Below, piece after piece: positions 1 to 64,000 of a stretch of 64,000 bases of DNA. This DNA comes from Chiloscyllium plagiosum (taxonomy: Eukaryota). Where the stretch lies: positions 59,286,164 through 59,350,163 of the forward strand of contig NC_057719.1 in NCBI RefSeq assembly GCF_004010195.1. The letters run 5' to 3'. The translations under genes and the position numbers were made by a program. The notes beneath the pieces were generated by a model. The model searched no databases, was not told the origin of the DNA, and worked only from the letters and a program-made list of their open reading frames with translations. Numbering within the stretch: the first letter of the stretch is position 1; each line of letters starts with the position of its first letter.

Positions 1-63583
<63,583 letters not shown>

Positions 63584-64000
63584 CTAATAACAAAATTGAC
63601 AATGCAAATTAAAGCCTTTAATCATGCAACCAGATCTATTGTCCATTCCTCGACTCAACCAAAATCGTTTACAGTAGAGGAGAACTAATGTTCCTTGATT
63701 AAAGAACATTTATAGCCTTGTGTCGATTTATTGAATGACAAACCACCACAGTAACTAAAAGCAAAAATAACCTCAAGTTTTTTACGGTGGAATCTGACTT
63801 CTCCAGTGTTATTTTGAGCTGGATTCAAAGTGGAGGGCTCATGGCACATGAAAATTCACTGAATTTAAGAAGGATCTGTGAATCTTTAAAGAAACGAGCA
63901 CAAGCACTTGCAGGTACTGGCCACAAAACAGAGCGTCATTTTGAAGTATAATACACAAAGTGGATTTCAAAATGGATTTAAATTTTACTAAGACATTTCT

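Overview
Eukaryotic genomic DNA, most likely from a cartilaginous fish (inferred from the shark-type CR1, Penelope-like and tRNA-SINE repeats). The whole window lies inside SEC23A (COPII coat component) on the minus strand: 14 coding exons (equivalent to human exons 6-19) with canonical GT-AG boundaries and a continuous reading frame. The first and last exons lie outside the window. The 13.7-kb intron at 15274-28993 hosts an intact antisense nested gene on the + strand: a three-coding-exon, ~324-aa class A orphan GPCR with atypical activation motifs (DKF for DRY, NPLTN for NPxxY, no Tyr5.58, no aminergic Asp3.32, no opsin Lys). The introns are otherwise filled with CR1/L2 LINEs (one near full length), tRNA-derived SINEs and many Penelope-like elements. 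Several of these are palindromic inserts with 11-16 bp target-site duplications and minimal hammerhead-ribozyme cores. Repeat boundaries are approximate and were read by eye.
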